Source of the DNA: Candidatus Omnitrophota bacterium
GTDB lineage: Bacteria; Omnitrophota; Gorgyraeia; Zapsychrales; Fredricksoniimonadaceae
Assembly (NCBI GenBank): GCA_013286575.1
Contig: JABDFL010000001.1
Location: 9,905-73,904 of the forward strand
Direction: 5' to 3'
Length of the DNA stretch: 64,000 nt
The translations under genes and the position numbers were made by a program. Numbering within the stretch: the stretch's first letter is position 1; every line of letters begins with the position of its first letter. Positions 54,429 to 63,453 of the stretch are shown here, piece by piece. A model generated the notes under the pieces. It did no database searches and was not told the DNA's origin. It saw only the letters and a list, made by a program, of their open reading frames with translations.

Positions 54429-55612
54429 GCCCTGTGACCACAGTGATCAAAGAAGAGACAGCCTCATCTTCCGGCGGGCCCAACATTCCGTTGTCACCTG
54501 CGGAACAACGCGTCATCAAACTTTTTCCGGGCGCGACATTAGCGGATTGGGAAGATTGGCGCTGGCAGATCAGAAACCGTATCCGCACGCTTGACCAGAT
54601 CACCAAGCTGATGAAACTGACCCCGCACGAAGAGCGCGGGGTCAAAGGGGCAGGGGACAAACTGACCATGTCCATCCCGCCGTATTTTGCCGCCTTGATC
54701 GATGAGAATGATCCCGGATGCCCTATCCGTTTGCAATCAGTCCCGTTGGATTATGAATTTGAGACGACCCCTGAAGAAATGCTCGACCCTTGCGGTGAAG
54801 ACAAGAATTCCGCCGTGCATGGCCTGGTGCACCGCTATCCTGACCGCGTGCTTTTTTTAGTCAATGAGATGTGTGCCATGTACTGCCGTTATTGCACGCG
54901 CTCACGCATGGTGGGTGACGGCAACCACACGCTTAATACCTCCACCTATGACGCGGCGCTCAATTATATCCGTGAGCATAAAGAGATCCGCGATGTGCTG
55001 ATTTCCGGCGGGGACCCTTTGACCCTGGGCGACCGTATGCTGGAATATTTGATTTCTTCCGTCAAAGCCATCCCGCATGTGGAATTTGTGCGTATCGGCA
55101 CACGCATCCCCGTGACCCTGCCCCAGCGGATCACGCCGGAGCTGATCGCCATGTTTAAGAAATATTCGCCCCTTTGGATGAGCGTTCATTTTAACCATGC
55201 CAGGGAAGTGACCCCGCGCGTCAAGCATGCCTGCAACATGCTCGCTGATGCCGGCATTCCCATGGGCAGCCAGACGGTGCTCTTGCGCGGCGTTAATGAT
55301 TCGCCGGAAGTCATGAAAAAACTTTTCCATGAACTTTTGAAGATCAGGGTCAGGCCTTATTACATTTATCAATGTGACCCCATCGTCGGCTCCAGGCATT
55401 TTCGCACCAGTGTTGAGACGGGTATTAATATCATCCAGAACCTGCGGGGGCATACCACCGGCTACGCGGTGCCGACCTATGTGATCGACGGGCCCGGCGG
55501 CGGCGGTAAAATCCCCGTTAATCCGGATTATTTGGTTTCCAAAGAAAATGGCCGTTATACGTTGCGTAATTACGCGGGAGAATTATATACCTACGTCGAC
55601 CCAACCTATTAA
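54425..55612 (+). CDS. Lysine 2,3-aminomutase family radical SAM enzyme (KamA/EpmB-like).
   Basis: 395 aa: CAMYCRYCTRS cluster motif, ISGGDPL, and a KamA-like C-terminal region. Its start overlaps the ATP-grasp stop by 4 nt. Confidence 0.8.
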   Translation: MSPVTTVIKEETASSSGGPNIPLSPAEQRVIKLFPGATLADWEDWRWQIRNRIRTLDQITKLMKLTPHEERGVKGAGDKLTMSIPPYFAALIDENDPGCPIRLQSVPLDYEFETTPEEMLDPCGEDKNSAVHGLVHRYPDRVLFLVNEMCAMYCRYCTRSRMVGDGNHTLNTSTYDAALNYIREHKEIRDVLISGGDPLTLGDRMLEYLISSVKAIPHVEFVRIGTRIPVTLPQRITPELIAMFKKYSPLWMSVHFNHAREVTPRVKHACNMLADAGIPMGSQTVLLRGVNDSPEVMKKLFHELLKIRVRPYYIYQCDPIVGSRHFRTSVETGINIIQNLRGHTTGYAVPTYVIDGPGGGGKIPVNPDYLVSKENGRYTLRNYAGELYTYVDPTY

Positions 55613-55675
55613 AATGCACGATCGGATGACGTCTGTCCCTAAAAATGGCCAGGAATCCCTTTTGGGAATTAATCA

Positions 55676-58561
55676 TTGGGGAGAAATATCGTGAACGGAC
55701 ATCCGTTTAAAGCCTCTATTTTTGTTTTTTTTATGTGTCTGGCAATTCTCACGGGTGGTATTAAGTCCTTTGCCCAAGACGATAATTCTGATGAGAATAC
55801 CCAGGAGACATTAAACCAGATCCATGATTTGGAAGTAAAGTTACAGCAAGCCAATAAGTCGCTGGATGCAGCCCAACAGTCTGGGAATCAATCGGATACA
55901 GAAACAGCAGTTACACAGGCCCCTGTAGCACAAGCATCCCCTCAACAAGCAGCTCCTGAGCAGGCAGACGACTCTGCGCCGTCTTCTTCAGACCAGACTA
56001 CTTCGACTTCTCCGGCCCAAACAGCGCCGGATAGGACCGTATCCATTAACACAACTTTAAATTCGCTCGAGGTAAACTCAGCTCAAACTGCGTCCACTAC
56101 TTCGGTTCCAACTACTACGCCCACCCCGACACAGACTGTTCCGTCTGCTCCAGTACAAACTGTTCCGCCTGCTCCGGCTTCTTCAAACCAAACTGCCTCA
56201 TCTACCGGCAATACTCTAAAAATCAGCGGGGAAGTGCGTGCTTCCATGGGAGTTTACTCTAGCGGAAATGCGGTGTTTACCCGGGCCAACGCGGACCTTA
56301 ATGAAAAGAATTACCGGTTGGTATCGGATAATGCTTTAAACAATGACATCAATACCTATGACCCTGCTCTCTATTCCCGTTTGAAGGTCGTGATGGATGC
56401 ATCTGTCGCATCTGCGGTGGTATCTGTGCACTTGAATGTGAGCGTGGACCCATGGAGTTTTACGGGAAAAACCAAGACCCAGCTAGTCACCACCCCATAC
56501 GGAGATACCGTTAAGGTCCAATATTTGACTTGGGGAAATACGGGGTATACTGTTAACTCTACTTTTAATACCATGAGGTTTGCTAATGGGATTGAAGTGC
56601 CTGAAATAAAAACAAACGGTAATATGGTGCCGGCGACAACAGTACCTAATGTTGACACGTATTATCAAGACGGCGACACATTCAATCTCCCTGCCGCGAA
56701 AATAGACTATTCTTTTTTTCCTTTTAGGGAAGCGTGGGTCGATGTCAAACCTACCGATGAATTAAAGTTACGCATTTTTCCGATGGGCTTTGAAGACCAG
56801 GCTTTAAGTACGGACGACCCTTTAAAACTTTCCAATAGCACAGAGTGGTGGGCGGAAAGCCCATGGCTTGATGGCTGGCAGCAGGGTAATCTTAACACCG
56901 GGCTCACACCGGTGAGTTTTACAAAAGGTCAATGGGACAAGAGTTTGTCGTTCTTTACTAAGGACAGCGACGGGGTGCGTTTGACCGCCTTGCGCGGTGT
57001 TTCCCTGGATTGGAAGCCGGGGGATGAGACATCTTGGGATACCACCATCGCCAGCCCCAAAACCCTTTGGCAGGATTACGGGGACATTACGGCCCTGGCC
57101 GGGAGCTCGCGGTTAAAGCAGGATATCGGCGATTCTTTTTATATAGGCGCCTTGGGGAACATGCACCAGGGTTTTGACTTAGACAATCAGATAGATGCTG
57201 AAAATTATACCGGCGGTGTTGATTCCGGGGCCATGCTCCTTAAAAACCTGAAACTCAATGCTGAATACGCTGAATCCAAAAGCATCTATGATGAAACTTC
57301 CCCTGAGTATTCCACTCAATATGGCGGCAATGCCTACTTTGTATCGCTCACCACCGCTTCCAACCCTGAGGATGAGGACATCCTCAAGAAAGATTATTTC
57401 GGCTTGCTGCCTGTCGAGAAAACAGAGGATTTTTATAAGAGTACGATTTATTTTGCCAGGATGGATGAAGGCTTCGAGTCGAGCCTGTCTGATTATCACG
57501 AAACCCGCAGCGATAGTTTCTGGGCGGATAACCTGACTTTTTATCCTTCGGATTACCGTTATATGCCGGGCATCGGCCCCACCCTGTCCGAAAATGATCT
57601 GGATCCTTTTGCCATCGGTAACGGCATTGATTACGGGCGTTCGGTCATCAACTGGCGGGGAGATGTGAATTTGATGGACGGGAAACTTCAAGGGCTTGCG
57701 GCCATACGGCATGTCACGGACCATAATGGCAATAATGTGGAAACCGCCTCCCGCCTTGGAATGACATATCAGGTCACGGATAAACTTACCACCAAGGCCC
57801 TATTATTATGGGACGCCTTGCCTAATACAACGGCAGGGATAGATCCTTTTCAGGTGTATGATCCGACTGGCGTAAACTATAATAATGACGCGGTCCCGGG
57901 CGGAAAAGACCCCAGCTTGAAAACCGGCTCTTTGGGCGCCCGTTATCAGTTGACTGATTGGGCCGCCATTAATGGTGTCTGGAAATATACCAATGATTTT
58001 GTCGAAGGCACCAATGAATTCCCGCAAACGGTCATGGATAGTATTAGTACCGCGCCGAGTTTTCAAAATGGCCAGAATTACCGCCAGTATTTCCCCTTTA
58101 TATATGATCAGAGCTACTTTGAGCAGGCACCCTATCCCTATTATAATATTTTTAAAACAGGCTTGGAGTTGACCCCCAGCGAAAAATGGCATCTTTATCT
58201 GGACTATACCCGTAACCCCAACAGGTTCGCCGGGAATTTCGACGACAATATGAACCACGAAGGCATTGAAGCCAGTTATGTGCCGACCCCCAAGATAGGT
58301 TTTTTCGCGAGCACTGTATTTTCCCAGGGTTATGATGTCAACCGTTTAGTCAATGATAATGAGCTGGATTATCGGGACTATATTAATTTCTTTTTTGAAA
58401 TGCGCATGATCCTGCCCAAAGACCTGATGATGTCAATCCAGTACGGTGTGGGCCCATCCTACGATATCCAAACTTCCACCACCACTCCTAACCTGACATA
58501 TTCTTCCACTGTCCTTGAAACCCAGCACCTTGTCCGCATCGTCTTTGATAAGAAGTTCTAG
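55676..58561 (+). CDS. Large outer-membrane-type protein (961 aa) with a signal peptide, a long T/S/P/Q/A-rich linker and a probable C-terminal beta-barrel.
   Basis: ORF track start is the TTG at 55676. A GTG at 55691 preceded by GGGGAGA is the more likely start. The low-complexity region spans residues ~60-190. It ends with an aromatic-rich ...VFDKKF typical of OMP barrels. Confidence 0.55.
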   Translation: MGRNIVNGHPFKASIFVFFMCLAILTGGIKSFAQDDNSDENTQETLNQIHDLEVKLQQANKSLDAAQQSGNQSDTETAVTQAPVAQASPQQAAPEQADDSAPSSSDQTTSTSPAQTAPDRTVSINTTLNSLEVNSAQTASTTSVPTTTPTPTQTVPSAPVQTVPPAPASSNQTASSTGNTLKISGEVRASMGVYSSGNAVFTRANADLNEKNYRLVSDNALNNDINTYDPALYSRLKVVMDASVASAVVSVHLNVSVDPWSFTGKTKTQLVTTPYGDTVKVQYLTWGNTGYTVNSTFNTMRFANGIEVPEIKTNGNMVPATTVPNVDTYYQDGDTFNLPAAKIDYSFFPFREAWVDVKPTDELKLRIFPMGFEDQALSTDDPLKLSNSTEWWAESPWLDGWQQGNLNTGLTPVSFTKGQWDKSLSFFTKDSDGVRLTALRGVSLDWKPGDETSWDTTIASPKTLWQDYGDITALAGSSRLKQDIGDSFYIGALGNMHQGFDLDNQIDAENYTGGVDSGAMLLKNLKLNAEYAESKSIYDETSPEYSTQYGGNAYFVSLTTASNPEDEDILKKDYFGLLPVEKTEDFYKSTIYFARMDEGFESSLSDYHETRSDSFWADNLTFYPSDYRYMPGIGPTLSENDLDPFAIGNGIDYGRSVINWRGDVNLMDGKLQGLAAIRHVTDHNGNNVETASRLGMTYQVTDKLTTKALLLWDALPNTTAGIDPFQVYDPTGVNYNNDAVPGGKDPSLKTGSLGARYQLTDWAAINGVWKYTNDFVEGTNEFPQTVMDSISTAPSFQNGQNYRQYFPFIYDQSYFEQAPYPYYNIFKTGLELTPSEKWHLYLDYTRNPNRFAGNFDDNMNHEGIEASYVPTPKIGFFASTVFSQGYDVNRLVNDNELDYRDYINFFFEMRMILPKDLMMSIQYGVGPSYDIQTSTTTPNLTYSSTVLETQHLVRIVFDKKF

Positions 58562-58562
58562 T

Positions 58563-58590
58563 TTGACAATAACCAAACATATACTATAAT
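58563..58590 (+). promoter_or_regulatory. Sigma70-like promoter: TTGACA, 16 bp, TATAAT, upstream of rpsU.
   Basis: Immediately after the OMP gene stop, about 50 nt upstream of the rpsU ATG. Confidence 0.45.
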
Positions 58591-58638
58591 ACAACCCTTC
58601 AAACCAATATAACCAGTACTAAGGAGCAGTGATCCATA

Positions 58639-58800
58639 ATGTTAGAAGTTAAAGTCAATGACAAGAACAGTTTCGAGAAAGCAATGCGCTTATTCAAGAA
58701 GCAGTGCCAAAAAGACGGTTTTTTAGTCGAACTTAAAGAACGCCGTTTTTACTGCAAGCCTTCCGAACGCAAACGTAAAAAAGGCACCGGCAAGAGATAA
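58639..58800 (+). CDS. rpsU: 30S ribosomal protein S21.
   Basis: 53-aa ORF absent from the track: MLEVKVNDKNSFEKAMRLFKKQCQKDGFLVELKERRFYCKPSERKRKKG, which matches the S21 pattern. AAGGAG lies 12 nt upstream. Confidence 0.8.
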   Translation: MLEVKVNDKNSFEKAMRLFKKQCQKDGFLVELKERRFYCKPSERKRKKGTGKR

Positions 58801-58873
58801 ATTGTTTTTAGTTTCTCCTTTAGGATGACAGGGGTACTTAAAGACACCGCCAAGGGTGTCTTCTTTAATTATT

Positions 58874-60433
58874 ATGATTAAAGTCAAACGCGCATTAATT
58901 TCCGTTTCCGACAAGACCGGTTTGGTGGATTTTGCCAAAGGCTTGGCCAAGCTGGGTGTTGAGATCATCTCCACCGGCGGCACGGCGGCGCTTCTGCGGT
59001 CCGCTGATCTTAAGATCCGGGAAGTTTCTGAATATACCGGTTTCCCTGAAATGCTTGACGGCCGCGTCAAGACCCTGCACCCCAAGATCCACGGCGGCCT
59101 TCTGGCAGTACGCGATAATCCCGAGCACATGAAGCAAATCAAAGCCCACGATATCGGCCTTATTGATATGGTGGTGGTGAATCTTTATCCCTTCGAAAAA
59201 ACGATCCAGAAAAAGAATATATCCCTGGAAGATGCCATCGAGAACATCGATATCGGCGGGCCTTCCATGCTGCGTTCAGCTGCCAAGAATTATAAAAGTG
59301 TGGCGGTGATATGCAATGCTGACCGTTATGCGGAAGTTTTGCAGGAACTCAACAATAACGGCGGCATTTTATCAGATAAGGTGCTGACCAACCTGGCCAT
59401 TGAAGTTTTCGAGCGCACCTGCCGCTATGATGCGGCCATTTACGGGTTTCTCAATAATCGCTTTAAGGCAGACAATTCTTTTTCTTCTTTCCCTAAAGAT
59501 TTTACTTTTTCTTTCAGTAAATTGCAGGACCTGCGTTATGGTGAAAATCCGCACCAGGCCGCGGCTTTTTATAAGGACAGCGCCCAGCTTGATGGTTTGA
59601 GCAAACTTCAGCAATTGCAGGGTAAGGAGCTGTCTTTTAACAATATCCTTGATTTGAACGCGGCAGTGGATATCGTCCGCGAATTCGACGCTCCGGCCGC
59701 GGTCATTATCAAACATAATAATCCCTGCGGCGTCGCCCAGGACAAGACGCTTGATAAAGCATACCTCAAAGCCTACAAATGTGATTCACTTTCTGCTTTC
59801 GGGGGCATCATCGGTTTTAACCGCCCTGTTGACGCAAAAACCGCTGCGGCCGTCATCAAAAGCGGTTTTATGGAATGCATCATTGCCCCTGAATTTGGCG
59901 AGGAGGCCAAGAAGCTTTTTTCAGCCAAAAAGAATTTGCGTTTGCTGGTCTTGGATGTCTACGGCATCAATCAGGAGCGCTATGATTTCAAGAAAGTCTC
60001 CGGCGGGCTTTTGCTGCAGGAGAAGGACAACCGCGTTCTTAAAGCGGAAGAATTAAAAATAGTCAGCAAAGTCAAACCTACCAAATCACAGATGGATGCC
60101 ATGATCTTTGGCTGGAAATTGATCAAGCATGTCAAAAGCAATGCCATTGTCCTGATCAAGGGCACACAGACCATTGGTATCGGCGGCGGCCAAACCAGCC
60201 GCGTGGATTCCGCGATCCATGCCATCCATCGGGCAGGAAAGGCAGCCAAGGGGAGTGTTCTAATATCCGACGCGTTTTTGCCTAAGCCTGATACTGTCAC
60301 TATTGCCGCCAAGGCCGGGGTCAAGGCCATTATCCAGACCGGTGGTTCCATCATGGATGAGGCCGTGATCAAAGAAGCTGATAAAAAAAAGATAGCCATG
60401 GTTTTTACCGCCATCCGCCACTTTAAACATTGA
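58874..60433 (+). CDS. purH: Bifunctional AICAR transformylase / IMP cyclohydrolase.
   Basis: ATG at 58874 (MIKVKRALISVSDKTGLVDF matches the PurH N-terminus). GGGQTSRVDS and the AICARFT domain are present. Confidence 0.9.
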   Translation: MIKVKRALISVSDKTGLVDFAKGLAKLGVEIISTGGTAALLRSADLKIREVSEYTGFPEMLDGRVKTLHPKIHGGLLAVRDNPEHMKQIKAHDIGLIDMVVVNLYPFEKTIQKKNISLEDAIENIDIGGPSMLRSAAKNYKSVAVICNADRYAEVLQELNNNGGILSDKVLTNLAIEVFERTCRYDAAIYGFLNNRFKADNSFSSFPKDFTFSFSKLQDLRYGENPHQAAAFYKDSAQLDGLSKLQQLQGKELSFNNILDLNAAVDIVREFDAPAAVIIKHNNPCGVAQDKTLDKAYLKAYKCDSLSAFGGIIGFNRPVDAKTAAAVIKSGFMECIIAPEFGEEAKKLFSAKKNLRLLVLDVYGINQERYDFKKVSGGLLLQEKDNRVLKAEELKIVSKVKPTKSQMDAMIFGWKLIKHVKSNAIVLIKGTQTIGIGGGQTSRVDSAIHAIHRAGKAAKGSVLISDAFLPKPDTVTIAAKAGVKAIIQTGGSIMDEAVIKEADKKKIAMVFTAIRHFKH

Positions 60434-61713
60434 ATGCCCTCACTTATCTAAACTCCTTTGTTAATTTTGAATCCCAGCTCCATAAACTGGGCCCTGAAGA
60501 TTTTAGCCTCAACCGCATTGAAAAGTTTTTGGATTTGGCCGGAAACCCGGCCAAGAATTTAAAGATCATCCATGTCGCAGGCACTAAGGGCAAGGGATCA
60601 ACCTGTGCGTTTTTAGCCGGTATTTTGCAGGAGGCCGGCTACAAGGTAGGGTTATATACCTCGCCGCACTTGCACAAGGTCAATGAACGTATCCGTATTT
60701 TAAATGCGGAGAATATCCGCTCCAAAGATGATTTTTGCGGCTCAATCAGCGACGATGAATTAGCTTCGGTGCTGGCCCAAATACGCCCTTTTGCCGCTGC
60801 CATCCAGAATGAGGGTAATATCCTTACCTATTTCGAAGTCCTGACAGTGGCGGCCTTGTGTTATTTTGCCAGGGCATGCGTGGACGTGGTCATTTTAGAA
60901 ACCGGTTTGGGCGGCCGTCTGGATGCGACCAATGCGGTTGATTCCTTAATTGCTGTGATCACACCGGTCAGTCTGGACCATGTCCGTATACTAGGCAATA
61001 CTTTAGGTAAAATAGCGGCAGAGAAGGCGGGCATTATAAAAGATTCCCGCCAGCAGGCCGTGATTGCTCCTCAAGAAAAAGAAGCCATGGATATTTTACT
61101 TCAACGTTGCCGGGAGTTTGGTGTCCATCCGGTCCTGGTCAATTTGGAAAAGTATAAAAATTTGAAAATCGGCCTTAAGGGCACGCATCAAAAGATCAAT
61201 GCCGCGACCGGCCTGGAAACGGTGGGGATTTTAAAGAAAATGGGGTTTCACATCAGTGATAAAGCGATCAGTGACGGATTAATTAATGTCCGTTGGCCCG
61301 GCCGTTTTGAATTATTGCATCAGGCGCCGGATGTGATCGTTGATTGCGCGCATAATGAAGCTTCTGCCCGGGCCTTGGCCCAGACCTTGAAGGGGGAATA
61401 TCATCAGCGACGGGTGATTTTAGTGCTGGGAGTCTCCCAAGACAAAGACGTGAAGGCCATTTGTTATTCTTTAAAGAATAGTGTAGCGCATATTATCCTG
61501 ACCAGGGCCGGCCATCCCCGGGCCCACTCTTTTAAGGAAGCAGAAGGTAAGGACTATTTTGGGGGGAAATCTTTTGAGATCATGGAAAGCCTGCCTCAAG
61601 CGCTGGAAAAGGCCCTGCAGCAGGCAGGCCCGCAAGATGTGATTTTAGTAACAGGTTCTGTTTTCGTAGTGGCAGAAGCAACGGAGTTCTTATGTACCAA
61701 TATAAAGGCCTAG
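60430..61713 (+). CDS. folC: Folylpolyglutamate synthase / dihydrofolate synthase.
   Basis: 427 aa: HVAGTKGKGST, ILETGLGGRLDATN. Confidence 0.8.
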   Translation: MNALTYLNSFVNFESQLHKLGPEDFSLNRIEKFLDLAGNPAKNLKIIHVAGTKGKGSTCAFLAGILQEAGYKVGLYTSPHLHKVNERIRILNAENIRSKDDFCGSISDDELASVLAQIRPFAAAIQNEGNILTYFEVLTVAALCYFARACVDVVILETGLGGRLDATNAVDSLIAVITPVSLDHVRILGNTLGKIAAEKAGIIKDSRQQAVIAPQEKEAMDILLQRCREFGVHPVLVNLEKYKNLKIGLKGTHQKINAATGLETVGILKKMGFHISDKAISDGLINVRWPGRFELLHQAPDVIVDCAHNEASARALAQTLKGEYHQRRVILVLGVSQDKDVKAICYSLKNSVAHIILTRAGHPRAHSFKEAEGKDYFGGKSFEIMESLPQALEKALQQAGPQDVILVTGSVFVVAEATEFLCTNIKA

Positions 61714-63176
61714 AAGACACGATTGCCGCCATTGCGACTCCTGCCGGACAAGGCGGGATCGGCATTGTGCGTATCAGCGGTAAGGATGCGATTACGGTCG
61801 CGGATGCGGTGCTTCGTCTTCAAGGGGACAAATCATTAGCGCAGTGCAAGAGCCATACGGTCCATTATGCCCGTGTCATTAGTCCCAATAGTGTCAAAAG
61901 GCCCAATAGCATCGACGTCGCAGAGTTGTGTCATTGCGAGGAGCGTTTTCCAGCGACGAAGCAATCTTTTTTGAAAAATGAAAATATCATTGATGAAGTT
62001 TTAGTAACATTGATGAAAGCACCAAAAAGTTACACCGCCGAAGACGTGGTCGAAATCAATTGCCACGGCGGCATGACTGTCCTGCGTGCGGTGCTTGAAG
62101 AAGTCTTGTCCGCAGGAGCGCGCCCGGCAACTCCGGGAGAATTCACCAAACGGGCCTTTCTTCATGGCCGTATGGATTTGGCCCAGGCCGAGGCAGTGAT
62201 TGATATCATCCAGGCACGGACTTCAAACTTTTTACGCCAGAGCCAGCATCAATTAAAAGGGGAATTATCGATCCAGCTTAATGCCATACGCGCAGAGTTG
62301 ATCAAGCTTTATACGATGGTAGAGGCATTGATTAATTTTCCCGAGGATGGCATTGACGCCCAAGGCCGTCAGCAAATTTTAGACCGCATCAGTATTCAAG
62401 AGAAGGGTATCGCTAAACTGTTGAAATCCTCCGAGAGCGGCCGTATCCTTAAAGAAGGCATACGCATCGTCTTATGCGGCAAGCCCAATGTAGGCAAATC
62501 TTCTTTACTGAACGCTCTTCTCAAAGAACAGCGCGCCATTGTCACCAATATCGCCGGCACCACCCGCGATGTCCTGGAAGAATCAGCGCAAATCAAAGGC
62601 ATTCCCATTTCATTAGTCGACACCGCCGGTATTTTGGAACCAAGGGATCTCATTGAAAAGGAAGCCATATCACGCAGCCATCTTTACATCAAAGGCGCTG
62701 ATCTGGTATTTTTGGTGCTGGACCATAGTCACCCGTTAGAAGAGCAGGACAGGCTGCTGATGCAGCAATTAAAAACCGCCAGGGTTTTGGTCGTAGTTAA
62801 TAAAATAGATTTAGAGGGCAAGATAGACCTGTCAGTGCCCAAAGGAATATTCGGCCCGGAGCATGTGATAGAAGTTTCAGCGCTTGAACCTCAATCCATG
62901 CAGGGCCTGGAAGCAAAGATCGTTGATTTGATCCTCAAGGACAAAGATCTCGATACCCACGGCATTCTGGTCAGCAATGTCCGTCATGTTAAGGCATTGG
63001 AAGAAGCGCAAAGAAACCTGCAAGACGCCGTCCGCCTGATGGACCAAAACACTTCCCTGGAATTTATCTCCGAAGAACTAAAAAGCGCCGTCAACCAGTT
63101 GGACGCCATCACCGGCCGCAACATCGACGAAGACCTCCTGGACCGCATCTTTTCCGAATTCTGTATTGGAAAATAA
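61692..63176 (+). CDS. mnmE: tRNA modification GTPase MnmE (TrmE), with a repeat-derived in-frame insertion in its N-terminal domain.
   Basis: 494 aa: IAAIATPAGQGGIGIVRISG, G-domain GKPNVGKSSLLN, DTAG, NKID, C-terminal CIGK. The N-terminal domain carries an extra segment (...ELCHCEERFPATKQSFL...) encoded by a family-A repeat. Confidence 0.85.
   Translation: MYQYKGLEDTIAAIATPAGQGGIGIVRISGKDAITVADAVLRLQGDKSLAQCKSHTVHYARVISPNSVKRPNSIDVAELCHCEERFPATKQSFLKNENIIDEVLVTLMKAPKSYTAEDVVEINCHGGMTVLRAVLEEVLSAGARPATPGEFTKRAFLHGRMDLAQAEAVIDIIQARTSNFLRQSQHQLKGELSIQLNAIRAELIKLYTMVEALINFPEDGIDAQGRQQILDRISIQEKGIAKLLKSSESGRILKEGIRIVLCGKPNVGKSSLLNALLKEQRAIVTNIAGTTRDVLEESAQIKGIPISLVDTAGILEPRDLIEKEAISRSHLYIKGADLVFLVLDHSHPLEEQDRLLMQQLKTARVLVVVNKIDLEGKIDLSVPKGIFGPEHVIEVSALEPQSMQGLEAKIVDLILKDKDLDTHGILVSNVRHVKALEEAQRNLQDAVRLMDQNTSLEFISEELKSAVNQLDAITGRNIDEDLLDRIFSEFCIGK
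61928..61972. repeat. Hairpin repeat family A, copy 4, in-frame inside mnmE.
   Basis: GTGTCATTGCGAGGAGCGTTTTCCAGCGACGAAGCAATCTTTTTT translates as (E)LCHCEERFPATKQSFL. Confidence 0.7.
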
Positions 63177-63180
63177 GTGT

Positions 63181-63223
63181 GTGTCATTGCGAGGAGGCGT
63201 AGCCGACGAAGCAATCTTTTTAC
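63181..63223. repeat. Hairpin repeat family A, copy 5 (GTGTCATTGCGAGGAGGCGTAGCCGACGAAGCAATCTTTTTAC), just after the mnmE stop.
   Basis: Same head and tail as the other copies; the central segment is variable. Confidence 0.7.
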
Positions 63224-63257
63224 GCTCCACGCCATCTAGGGCTGACGCTGATATATT

Positions 63258-63286
63258 TTGACAACCTCACTCAATGCGAGTAGACT
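63258..63286 (+). promoter_or_regulatory. Candidate sigma70 promoter: TTGACA, 17 bp, TAGACT. It would give a ~160-nt structured leader ahead of the radical SAM gene.
   Basis: The predicted leader contains the hairpins CCCCGAAC-gttta-GTTCGGGG (63332-63352) and GCCGCACC-gcag-GGTGCGGC (63376-63396). Confidence 0.35.
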
Positions 63287-63453
63287 TGCGTTTATTCGGG
63301 TGTTGTGTTTTCTTCGAAGGTAGTAGAAGGCGGTCCCCGAACGTTTAGTTCGGGGAAAAGCAGCCTGGTGACTAGCGATGCCGCACCGCAGGGTGCGGCG
63401 AGCGTGCCTGAGAAGAAAATACAATGCCTGAATATATGCGTGAGTAGGTGAGT

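Noticed and set aside
58820-58870. Short hairpin GACACC-gccaagg-GGTGTC plus TTCTTT between rpsU and purH, considered as a possible attenuator or riboswitch.
   Set aside because: It has only a 6-bp stem and is too short for any known riboswitch class. It is most simply a weak partial terminator that allows read-through from rpsU into purH. It is not reported as a feature.
63300-63420. Considered 6S RNA, SRP RNA or a tmRNA fragment.
   Set aside because: None of the conserved cores is recognisable: the SRP domain IV GGAA/AGCAG motif, the tmRNA tag reading frame and the 6S central bubble with flanking long stems. It is kept only as an unclassified structured leader.
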